This document shows positions 11,470 to 22,243 of a stretch of 64,000 nt of DNA, piece by piece. Source of the stretch: Hyaloraphidium curvatum SAG 235-1 (lineage: Eukaryota > Fungi > Monoblepharomycota); contig JAIVFI010000009.1 of the NCBI GenBank assembly GCA_025558095.1, positions 434,001-498,000 on the forward strand, in the 5' to 3' direction. The stretch's first letter is position 1; the number at the start of each line of letters is the position of its first letter. Position numbers and translations under genes: made by a program. A model generated the notes under the pieces. The model was not told where the DNA came from, did no database searches, and saw nothing but the letters and a program-made list of their open reading frames with translations.

Positions 11470-13545
11470 GCGGCTAGGAAAGCGAGACTCGGACATGCCT
11501 CAAGATACTGTACCAAAACGTCGAGCGGAAGCTCGAGAAGAGCCTCTTTATACGTGAGCTGCTGCTACACATTGTAGAGTACGATATCGTCGTTTTCGCT
11601 GAAGCAAGGTGGACGGGCAAAGGCGAGAAGCGGACTTGGGAGGAGCATATGAGCAACAACGACATCCGCGCAGAGGTTGCCGCGGTACTGGAAACGTTCG
11701 AGGTTTATGAGAAGAGCTGCTCGGAGCATGGTGGAGGAGGGTTGACGGTCTTTGTGCGAAAGGAGCTACCGCACACCGTACGGACAGACTTGGACCCGAT
11801 CCTGGACGTCGTACAGATCCAAATCGGCGGAGTGAACGTGCTGGGGGCGTACATACCGCCGACGCCAACGCAGGACATAGTCACGCAGGACGAGATGTGG
11901 TCGAGGTTCTCAGGGATTGTGGCTGGGTGCGACATGCCGATCGTGATCGGGGACCTGAACGCACAATTGGGGATAAGCGAGGCAAACAGCGACGTGCGTG
12001 GCACGAGCTTCGGAAAGCGTGTAATCCGGTCGGAGCAGCGCACGGATCAGAGGGGGAAACAGCTACTTGCACTGTGCCACGAGGAGGAGCTGGTGATCCT
12101 GAATGGGCGCCTCGAGCCGGGGGCAACAACTCGCGCAGGAAAGGATGGCGAGCGGGACAGCACCTTGGACTACGCAATCGTGCCGCAGAGCTGCTACGGG
12201 ACGGTCACCCAGCTTACATTTGTGAAGGAAGGCTGGGTCGTCACCTCAGACCACATGGCCCTGAGCCTGACCATCAAGGCCAACCTCGTGCGACCAGCTG
12301 CGAAGGAGAACAAGCCGCACTGCAAGCCCGTGCCGTGCGACTTCCACTTCCTCGCAATAATGCGAAACCTCTACGACGAGCCCTGGGTCAAGGAGGCAAT
12401 GCAAGAGTACGAGCAACTTCAAGCTGGATCCGACAAGTGCAACCGGCTCATCCAGATCATGGCAGCGGTGAACAAGGTCGCGAAGAAGAAGTACGACAAG
12501 GTCAGCGTACACGAAGAGGCGGACAAGTTCCTCAACGGCTTTGCGGACTCGGCAGAGAGGGCCGAGATCGATCGGAAGCTGTCACGCACGCCTTCTTGAG
12601 CTGCGATCCCTCATGGAGAAGGACGAGTGGAAGAAGGAGTACCAGGGGAAGACGCGGGAGCTGGAGAAGGAGCGGAAGAAGTTGGAGAAGAGGATGCGGA
12701 GGGTTGCTGAGCGAGAGAACTCCAAGCTGCTAGAGCGACTCTTCAGGCGAGAGCCTAAGGGGTACTACCAGCTGCTTGGAAAGGCTCACGCAAGGCGCAA
12801 GGGCAACCCCGTGCCCTTTGCAGAGCTGGTGCGCCACATGGAGATGGTCGCCAGCGCCGAGTACGTGACCAAGATCGAGGAGGATCCAAGGCTCACGTTT
12901 CCACCACTTCCCAAGGCTACGATCACGCCTTCTGGAGACCTGCTGCGCCCCATCACCCTCAAGGAGCTGGAGAGGGTCTTGAAGAAGGCCCCCAACGGCA
13001 AGGCAAAGGACGAGGATGGGATCCGGCTCGAGTTCGTCAAGTACGGGACTGCAGTACTGAAGCAAGCTGTTGTCAACCTCCTCAACGACGTGCTCAATGG
13101 CGTCAAGATGGATGACTGGGGCCAGACACTGCTGGTGATGCTGCACAAGAAGGGGCCCAAGAACGTGGCTGGCAACTACCGAGGCATCAGCATAGAGAGG
13201 ATGCTGGAGAAGGTCTTCTCCCTGGTCTGGAACGCTCCGCTAGCTCCCTGGGCTGAGTGCAACAAGCTGTTGGAAGGCTCGCAGTTTGGATTCCGTGCAC
13301 GGAGATCGAACCTTCATGCAGTGTTCCTTGCCGAGGCACTCTTCTCCCTGGCCAAGGCACGCAAGGAGAAGCTGATCATGGTCTTTGTAGATTTCACAAA
13401 GGCTTTTGACACGGTGGAGCGCCCCAGGTTATGGCAGAAGCTGGAGGAGATGGGTGTACCCAAACAGGTTGTTGACATGTTCGAGATGGCGTTCGGGCGC
13501 GTGTGGGGACGGCTCCGGGATGAAGACGGGCTAGCAATTACCTAG
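11470..13545 (+). mobile_element. LINE ORF2: APE endonuclease plus RT N-terminal half, frameshift near 12590, 3'-truncated
   Basis: LKILYQNV...DIVVFAE (in frame upstream of the called ORF), GGGLTVFVRK, GAYIPP, IGDLNA, STLDY, SDH; then NYRGIS, QFGFR, VDFTKAFDTV. Confidence 0.93.
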
Positions 13546-14554
13546 GGAAGCGGGTCTTAGAAGGGGGGAATAACACAACAAACACCAGGAACGCCACTGC
13601 CTCATCCGCACCTGTCTCTGGGCGCCTGTGACCAGGGGTCTTTCATTTCTTCCTCTGTGAAACATGTGGAAATAGATGGTGGACCCGGGACCCGCATCTC
13701 ATCTCAAAAGTGTCAGAGTGCAGGGATTGACTGTGGACTGCATAGGCGCCTCTTCGTTCGGTTGCGGCCACCCGGGCCGCCGATCCTTGCCGCCCAGCAC
13801 TGCGCGAAAATTCGCATGACCGTGGCCAATGGGATACGCTGCATGACTTCCACATGAGTGCATGACTATCGAGCTGTCACACGCGGCAAAGCAGGCAGGG
13901 CGCCCGAGGGCGGCAATCAGCAGCCAAACCGGTGCTGCCCGCCGGCGTTTCGGGTTGCGCGTCGGGAAGCTTGTCAGCTGTCGCGCTGTGCAGGCGCAGA
14001 CACGATCAAAGCTTGTGCTGGTCCTCCCATCTCCTCACGGCTATGCAATGCATGAAGAATGAGCCCGTTCTCGGCAACCTGAGCATAGCTCTTCAGATAT
14101 CCCTTGAGCACTCGGGCAGGACGTTGGCTATGGGTGACACTGGCTCTTGCGACCACCCCCGTAGCATTGCCATCTGGCCTTGCGGGAAAGCCGGTTGAGG
14201 GCAATGATCGTTGTGGGCCTGATTTGCTCCGAGAACCGTCGACGTAATGGACTTTTGGACACCGGCCATCTCAGACGTTCTGGTGTGACGTCAGAAACCT
14301 AGCAGACATCCTGCACTCGGGGGCTTGGAAGGGGATCAGAACCCACGTCGGCGAACAGAAAAGTGCATAAAGCGGTCCGCTGGGGTGTTGTGCACCGGGA
14401 CAGGATGAGATCCAGGCTGACCGTGAACACCGTGGGATCCGGAGCTTGGCCGTCCCCATACTGTGTAAGGCCATGCTCGTGGAGCAAGACGGAGATCAGA
14501 CAAGGGAGTATCGGTGGACTTCAAATCCTCCGCCGGACTGTCCGAGACCCTTGA

Positions 14555-14979
14555 ATCATCGCGTCGTGCCGGAGGAGCGCCGATCTGGGCGGCGGTGCGG
14601 GGAGCGGGGGCCGGGCGCCCGGAGGGCGGCCGCAGGGGCCACATGGTGCGCAGACCGGCGTCTAAGGAATCTCTGAATGCCCTTTGGCGAAGTGGATCAT
14701 CGCGTCGTGCCGGAGGAGCGCCGATCTGGGCGGCGGTGCGGGGAGCGGGGGCCGGGCGCCCGGAGGGCGGCCGCAGGGGCCACATGGTGCGCAGACCGGC
14801 GTCTAAGGAATCTCTGAATGCCCTTTGGCGAAGTGGATCATCGCGTCGTGCCGGAGGAGCGCCGATCTGGGCGGCGGTGCGGGGAGCGGGGGCCGGGCGC
14901 CCGGAGGGCGGCCGCAGGGGCGACATGGTGCACAGACCGGCGTCTAAGGAATCTTACTGAAAGCCCTTTGGCGAAGTGG
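14555..14979 (+). repeat. Tandem repeat, 3 x 141 bp, containing a tRNA 5'-end (A-box/D-arm) segment
   Basis: ATCATCGCGTCGTGCC starts at 14555, 14696 and 14837; each unit ends with GCCCTTTGGCGAAGTGG. Confidence 0.93.
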
Positions 14980-15034
14980 ATATCGCGTCTGCCTCCGGAG
15001 CAGAAGGTCCCAGGTTCGACCCCTGGATGGGTCG
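14962..15034 (+). tRNA. tRNA-Arg(CCG), possibly a pseudogene (acceptor-stem mismatches)
   Basis: 73 nt; D-stem GCGA/TCGC, anticodon arm TCTGC-CT-CCG-GA-GCAGA, T-arm CCAGG-TTCGACC-CCTGG; acceptor AGCCCTT/ATGGGTC is imperfect; TTTT follows within ~10 nt. Confidence 0.85.
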
Positions 15035-15036
15035 GC

Positions 15037-17130
15037 GGACATTTTGCTGCGGTGGGTGACTGGCAGATCGCGGCGGGGCGGCTCGACGCCGCCCGCCGCC
15101 CCACCCCTCCCCAGCCCGCCGCCGCGCGCCAGACGTGCGCGCTTCGGTGCCGGAGCATCCAGGCCTGGTTTACTTCGTGGCGAAGAGTTTGTGCTTGCGG
15201 GGAAACCAATCAACCAGTCCTCGGCTCTTCCTGTCTCCCGAGCCGGCTTGCCATCCCCTGTCTAGCCGCCTCAGAGACATCTGTCAGATAGTTCCTTCCT
15301 TTCGCATTACACGCAAATAAGCTGGAGCTCCACCTAGCACCGTTCCTGCTCGGGGTGTGATCGAGATCGAAACCGTCGGGTACGCTAGCTCGCGACGCAA
15401 CTCCGGACGTTGCATTGCGAGCGCGTCTCCCGGGCCGTCACAAAATCCAATCTCTGCACCGGTGCTGCGCCCCCCACGGACCAATGAAATGTCCAGAAGC
15501 GCGTTGGAGTGGTCACTTGCACCTCCGGAGCAGGATTTGCTATCCCAGCCCCCCAGGGGGCGGGGCACCGCGGAACCGCCCGACGCAACCCGCAAGGGGC
15601 AGAGCGTCGAATGCCGACGAAACCACGACTCAACTATGTCTTAATCCTCGCTGATGAGACCGAAATTGTGATGGAACTTCCCGATTCATTCATGTTGCGT
15701 CTTTGGAGGGAGCTTTGGCGGAACCGAACCGCAGTGCCAAGTCGGGTCCGGGGAGCCCGTGGAGCCTCGGCCAACGACACCACAGCACTCATGCAATGTG
15801 TCTTGACCAAAAAATGGGCCTTCCAGAGGTGCATCGGATGCCCGGCACCCGTCCAACGGTTTCCGGATTCCCGTTGTCGAAGGACGCCATTCGCGCCCAT
15901 GCGCGTCGGGAAAGCTCCTCCATCGCCAGCAGTATCTTCATAAGCACCGAATCAAACAGTCTCGCGCAACGGGAGCCACCTCCTGGCGGCGGGAATGCCA
16001 TCCACCTCGGGCCCGCGATGACTGTGCGGGTGGCGCCGGAGCAACTCGGCCAGCGACGCGGTCGGACGCAAACGGAGCACTCGGCGACGGCGACGGCACA
16101 TGATGCTGTCGTTTCCGCGCCCCGCCCGGGCCCCGTCGCTCTCCGTGGGCGGCGCAGCAGGGCCGCGAATTGGGTCGCCCCGAAGGCCCCGGGGCCCGGC
16201 CCCCGGCGGCGAACTCGGCGCCTCCCGCCGGCCAGGGGCGTTTTGAGCACCCAGAATCACCATTGCGGCAGGGAGGCACGGCGGCACCGCCCTCGCGTGT
16301 GTGGAGTATGACTTGTGCTACGATCGCGATCGTCGCACGCATACACTTCGAAGACTGGCGCTACACCGGTCCCGGGGCGACCTGCTGGCCGCCGCTCTGC
16401 GGCTCTGAAAATCCCCGCGGACGCGCATCTCGAGGCGGCGGCCCTTTTCCCGGCCCTCGCTCGGCCCCGCTCGAGCTTTTCGGCGCCCCAGCGGCGACCT
16501 GGACCTGGGTCTCGCAGCGCGCTGGCCGCGGCCTCCTGCGCGCGTTGGGCGGTGCCAAAAGCACTTTAGAAGTCGGGAAGACGATGCGGGCGTCGGGAGG
16601 TGGCGCCGGCCCACCCGGCGGAGGCGTTCCCCCGCGGAAGGCCCCCATGTTCAGTGGGTGCCCTTGCTCCCTCGTCCTGCCGAATCCCTGACGCAGTGCG
16701 GCCCATTCAAGCCATTGATTTGACTCTGGACAGCGACGAGGACGGAGAGGCCGTCTCCGCGCCGGGATCTGCTCAAGTCGGTCCGTCGTTCAACGACGCC
16801 GTCGATCCTCGTCCCACGGTTCGTCTTCGTGCCCTCGCCGGTAGGATTGCGTCGCTGACAACTCGTTTCCAAAGGCCCGGCCTGTGCAGGAGGTCGTCTC
16901 GGCCCCAGCAAAGCGCATGCACGAGAATGCGTCATCAGGTTGGGCGGCCGGACCGCCGTGATCTTTCCCCGCTGACCATTCCACGCAGAAGCGATCAACC
17001 ACAAGATCTCGAAGTCCGTGCCGGATGTCCAGCTGGGAGCCACCTCTCCCAAGTCGAAAAAGGTTGGTCGAGGAACGCCTCCACTTTGCCTCCCCACCCG
17101 AGCTCATCGCTGTCCCTCTCCAGCCGCGGA
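15037..17130 (+). repeat. Long direct repeat, copy 1 (5' part of the ~5-kb tandem unit)
   Basis: 15860-16690 is near-identical to 20770-21600 (offset 4911); weaker colinear matches extend back to ggacattttgctgc at 15037/20094 and forward to cagccgcgga. Confidence 0.85.
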
Positions 17131-19963
17131 CTGATACCGCGCGTCTTCCTTCTTACGGCTCGACTTCTTTGTCCAAGGATCTCTTTGGATCCGGCAACAA
17201 GTCCGGCTCAAGTGCGTGTTTGCCGCGATCGGCGCTCTCGGACGCATCTGACGCCTCCATGTATTGCAGCCGATCTTCCGATCAACATCTACCAGTATTT
17301 CCTCGCGACGATGGAGCAGTACGCCAAGGAGGCAGCGATCCCCTACGAACGGCTGCAGGCCGGCATCTGCGTCCTCGCACAGCTCGGCGCGATCAAGCAC
17401 ATCGACCTCACCCCCGGCAAGGAGCACCTCGTCCTGGACCGGGCCAAGGTCCACGAGGCGGGCGCGCATTGCCTCGATTGCCTCTACGCAAAAGATTTCT
17501 TTGAGCACGGGGTCAAGTTTGCGCTGGTGAAACCGTCCGGGGACGACCTCAAGTTCCCATCCGACGTCCGCCTTCACCCGTACATGGGGACCGCCGAGGA
17601 TCTGGTGCAACGGAACAAGGACGCCCTCCACGGAAAGCTCAAGCTGTACGGCGAGATGGCGGAGTGCCATTGCCTCGGGCACGGCATCGGCTCGCCCGCG
17701 CTGAACAACCCCGCGGAAGAGGCGCTCATCTTCATCGTCAAACTCGCTGTGGGATCCCACGCCGGGAACTCCAGCCCGTACTCCAAGATTCCGTTTTTTC
17801 CGCGCCCGGCGAAGAATGCCGAACTGGACATTCTGCGGACGATGCGTGCCAAGCTCTTTGTATCCGCATACAACTCCCCGCCTTTTCTCGCGCTCAACAG
17901 CGGCGCCGACTGCTCGGCCGTGCGAAACCCCGGACAGCCTCACGAGGGCTACCTGAGTCGTTCCTTCGCCACGAACAATGAGCTCATGGGGCACCAGCCT
18001 CCGCTCGCTCTGAACGAGTACCCTAAGATTCCCTGCCCCCAGCTCCCAACGGCGCATATCTCCATTGCCGACCAGAAAGCCGCGAAGCGCGACTTTTTCG
18101 CCAAGCTCGAGCCGTACCCGGACGTTCTGGGCCTCCTCTTCTTCGGCGACCGCCCGACCGAGATCGTTTCAATCGTCTCGGCTCCAGGGTGGGGCAACGA
18201 GACCTGGATGGGCAAGCCCCGGTTCGCCACCGTGACGCTGGATGAGCTGCGGAGTCGCTCCTTCTTTGCCGCCGCTTTTCTCGACACAGCGATCGTCGGC
18301 TACGCCCAAGGCGCGGCTCGCGTCCTTGCGCTTGGTTACTTCTTCGAGTTGGACAGGTGCACGATCGAGCTCACGGACTACATCCTGCGCATGCGGAAGC
18401 TCTTCGGCGTCCAAGAGGTGCTCAATAAGGCCCGCACGATGTGGGACGAGTCGCTCGGGCCCCGGATGCTCCAGCGCGCCGAGGCCCTCAGGCCTGTGTG
18501 GAACGTTCCCAAGGGAGGCGGTGCCGGTGAGCACATCGCGATCGATGCCTCGAGGGTCTCGGCTGATCGCCGCGCCATTCGCAGAGCTCCACCAAGGCTT
18601 GTCGGCAGACGAGTCCGTCGCTCCCAACGGCCTGCCGGACTACAAGGTCGACCTCTCCTCGCTGCGCCCGGACTTCGAAGCTACCTTCGCGGACTGGAAG
18701 CAGTATCACGGCTGCGATGCGAACGTGGCAGTCGACCAAAGCTCGCTCCGGATCGACGACGAGGCGGACGAAGATCTGAGCAACGCTGAGCGTCTCGATC
18801 GGGAGGCGTCGCTGAGAGCTGCGGAACTCCTCACGGACTTGACTTTCTCGGATGCCGAGGTCGTCAGGAAGGCTGTGCTGGTGCAGAGCACGGGGATCGC
18901 CCGTGCCGCGAAGGAGAAGGCTGCCGATCGTGCGGAGCGGTCTTCCCGCACGGAGCTGCGCCACATGGCGTTCCAGACAGTCGAGGACTACGACAACCTT
19001 CCCGAGGCGGAACAGGAGGCCGTCTTGGGGCGGATGAAGGCAACGAGAGGCATGGAGCGGCTGCGGAGGCTCGAGGTTGGCATAGTCAAGTTTGCTGCGG
19101 AGCTCGGCCTATTGCCCGAGAAGCTGCCCGATCTGGCCAAGCTCGACGAGCCCACTCTCCGGAAGCTGATCGACATTGCGACCATGAAGCTTAATCGGTA
19201 CCGCCAGCTGAAGCCGTACTCGGACTTTGCGATCCTTGCGCACTGTCTCGTCTGCCGCAAAGACTACTGCAAAGAGTTTCGCCGCAACGTCGAGGACTCC
19301 GAGGAGAACGAGAAAACGCCGCATCCGAAAGCAGGCGGCTGCACTGCGAAGAAGCTCACGATGGGATGGACTGCTCTTCCTTCCTACCCCGGCATCGAAA
19401 GCCTCGAACCCCTCATCAACGTCTTCATCGCGTTCATGGATGCCGAGGCCCTGAAGCGCCCCGATCGGATCCTTGTGATCAACCTCGCGCAGGTCGCCAC
19501 CAGCTTCGCTATGCTGGTACGCGACTACGAGGCTCAGGGCCATGCTCAGGCCGTCTACCTCGCCGACAAGTACAAGCTCATCATGGAGTTCTATGTCAAG
19601 CAGCAGTCGCTTGTCGACTGGCTCGGGGACTCGGACGAGGCCGTGGCGCAGAAGAAGGCGCTCAAGAACGGCTTCATCGAGGGGCTGAAGGAAGGCCTCG
19701 ACCGTGCGGGCCGCTGCGCCGTTGCGAGCCGCGTGCCGCAGCCTCTTGAGAGCGACTCCAAGTCGCTTTCTATTTATGCGTTCGGCTCCCTGAAGACGCA
19801 GCGTTCGGCGGCGCAGTACGAGGAGCTCGAGGACCGCACCTACTTGAACTATGCCGCAGTGGTCAACGCGCGCAAGATGACGGATAACGCCGTGAGCAAG
19901 AAGCGGGGCGAGCGGCGCAAGGCGGGCAACCAGGCCATCGACCGCTTCCTGGTCAAGAAGTAG
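16584..19963 (+). CDS. Spliced orphan protein (~1000 aa) with SIM-like IDLT, GIY-YIG-like motifs, CxxC motifs and a C-terminal PIP-box-like tail
   Basis: Phase-compatible GT-AG introns (e.g. 17212-17269, 18527-18584) join small 5' exons to exons 17270-18526 and 18585-19963; the splice sites are conserved in the paralog at 61-64 kb. The start could be 16308. Confidence 0.8.
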
Positions 19964-20093
19964 AATCGGTGCGGAGACTTAGAGTTCTATGCAACGGGAT
20001 GTTTGATGTATCGATCTGTATCTGTGTTGGTATACGGTCATTTGCATGCGCGTTGGCGACGATTTTTGCTGCAGCCGTGGTGGGGGTCGATCT

Positions 20094-22048
20094 GGACATT
20101 TTGCTGCAGCCGTGGTGGGGGTCGATCTGGGCACAGCCGGCCGGAGGCGGCGCTACCGCCGCTCGCGCGCACGTCCGCAGGGCAAAGTTGAAAATCCAGG
20201 ATTTCAAATCTGCGGAATACCATCCCGTTGCTAGTCCCTGCGTGCGATTGTGCGGACGGGATCTGGAACTGCTTTTACGCTCGTGAGGCAACCTACGACA
20301 GTGCCTCTCGAGCGTCTCTCCGCCCCCCCCCCCCGTTCGCAAACTCCATCTCTGCACCGCAGCTCCGCCGAGGACACTTCCCACGGACCAATGAAATGCC
20401 CAGAAGCACGTTGGAAGCTCCACTCGCACATCCGGGGCAGGATGCGGTCTGCCCGCCGCCTCGTTGGAAAGGAGCGCGGAACCGCCCAACGTGGACGAGG
20501 CCGGGACCCGCTGAGCGGTCGATCGACGAACGCCGACCTGAATCGCGATCAATCGCCTCTTCTTCGCTCGCTGACGCCCTCGGAGACGCGCTGGAGGGAC
20601 CCGATTCGTTCTGTTCCGCCTTTGAGGGAGCGTGTGCTGGACCCCGATGGTAACTCGTCCGGCGAGCCATCAGAGCCTCAATGAGCGACCTTCCAGCGCT
20701 CATGAAATGTGCCTCGAAACCAGAAATGAGCTCCCAGAGATGCTTCGCGCTTCATGAGCCCGGCCATAGGTTTCCGGATTCCCCTTGTCGAAGGACGCCC
20801 TTCGCGCCCATGCGCGTCGGGAAAGCTCCTCCATCGCCAGCAGCATATTCATAAGCACCGAATCAAACGGTCTCGCGCGACGGGAGCCACCTCCTGGCGG
20901 CGGGAATGCCATCCACCTCGGGCCCGCGATGACTGTGCGGGTGGCGCCGGAGCAACTCGGCCAGCGACGCGGTCGGACGCAAACGGAGCACTCGGCGACG
21001 GCGACGGCACATGATGCTGTCGTTTCCGCGCCCCGCCCGGGCCCCGTCGCTCTCCGTGGGCGGCGCAGCAGGGCCGCGAATTGGGTCGCCCCGAAGGCCC
21101 CGGGGCCCGGCCCCCGGCGGCGAACTCGGCGCCTCCCGCCGGCCAGGGGCGTTTTGAGCACCCAGAATCACCATTGCGGCAGGGAGGCACGGCGGCACCG
21201 CCCTCGCGTGTGTGGACTATGACTTGTGCTACGATCGCGATCGTCGCACGCAGACACTTCGAAGACTGGCGCTACACCGGTCCCGGGGCGACCTGCTGGC
21301 CGCCGCTCTGCGGCTCTGAAAATCCCCGTGGACGCGCATCTCGAGGCGGCGGCCCTTTTCCCGGCCCTCGCTCGGCCCCGCTCAGGCTTTTCGGCGCCCC
21401 AGCGGCGACCTGGACCTGGGTCTCGCAGCGCGCTGGCCGCGGCCTCCTGCGCGCGTTGGGCGGTGCCAAAAGCACTTTAGAAGTCGGGAAGACTATGCGG
21501 GCGTCGGGAGATGGCGCCGGGCCGCCCGGCGGAGGCGTCCCACCGCGGAAGGTCCCCATGTTCAGTAGGTGCCCTTGCTCCCTCTTCCCGGACGAATCCC
21601 TGACGCGATGCGGCTCTCTTCAAGCCATCGATCTCAGCCTGGACAGCGACGACGACGGGGAGGCCGTCACCGCGCCGGGATCTGGTCAAGTCGGTCGGTC
21701 CTCCAACGACCCCGTCGATCCTCGCCCTGCGGTTCGTTTTCCTGCCCGCGCCGGTCGAGCTGCGTTGCTGACAGCTTCTTTCTTCATGTTCAGGCTGCCC
21801 AGAATGACGTCTCGGCCCCCGCAAAGCGGAAGAGCGAAAACGCCTTGGCTGGTGGGTGGCCCGCCGTCGCGCTCTTAACACGCTGATCACCCAACGCAGA
21901 AACGAGCAACGGCAGGATTTCGAAGTCATCGCCGGATGTCCAGCTGGGAGGCAGCTCTCCCAACTCGAAAAAGGTTGGTCGAGGAACGCCTCCACTTTAT
22001 TTGCCTCCGCAGCCCGAGCTGATCGCTGTCTCTCTCCAGCCGCGGACG
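20094..22048 (+). pseudogene. Long direct repeat, copy 2: upstream region and first exons of the orphan gene, truncated
   Basis: Same exons (PMF|TIDLSLDSDDDGE; ISKSSPDVQLG...SKK) with conserved splice sites; homology stops at about 22045. Confidence 0.8.
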
Positions 22049-22243
22049 GACCGGCCCTTTTTTTGGCTCGGCGGAGCTGATGCGGGGTGAAGGCCTCGGA
22101 GGCGGCGACTCGCGGCTGGCGCCGTCCGAACGCCAAGCGCCAGAGTTTGTGGCCCGGATCCCGGAGGGCGAGGATCAGCCTTGCGGGAAGATTTGCGGGC
22201 TGCCGAACTGGGTATAGTAACGCAACGGTAAACATGACCACTA

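Noticed and set aside
14336-14960. Repetitive 148-196 aa ORFs over the 141-bp array; also considered as a CRISPR-like array
   Set aside because: The unit length is a multiple of 3 and GC-rich, so open frames are expected. The units are contiguous with no unique spacers, and the context is eukaryotic.
15651-15665. CTGATGAGACCGAAA, resembling a minimal hammerhead ribozyme core of Penelope-like elements
   Set aside because: Stem II would be too short, I found no stem I or III pairing with a UH site, and the motif is not kept in the second repeat copy.
16600-19963. Two separate overlapping genes or a programmed frameshift (729 aa + 573 aa)
   Set aside because: A 58-nt GT-AG intron (18527-18584), conserved in the paralog, joins them in frame.
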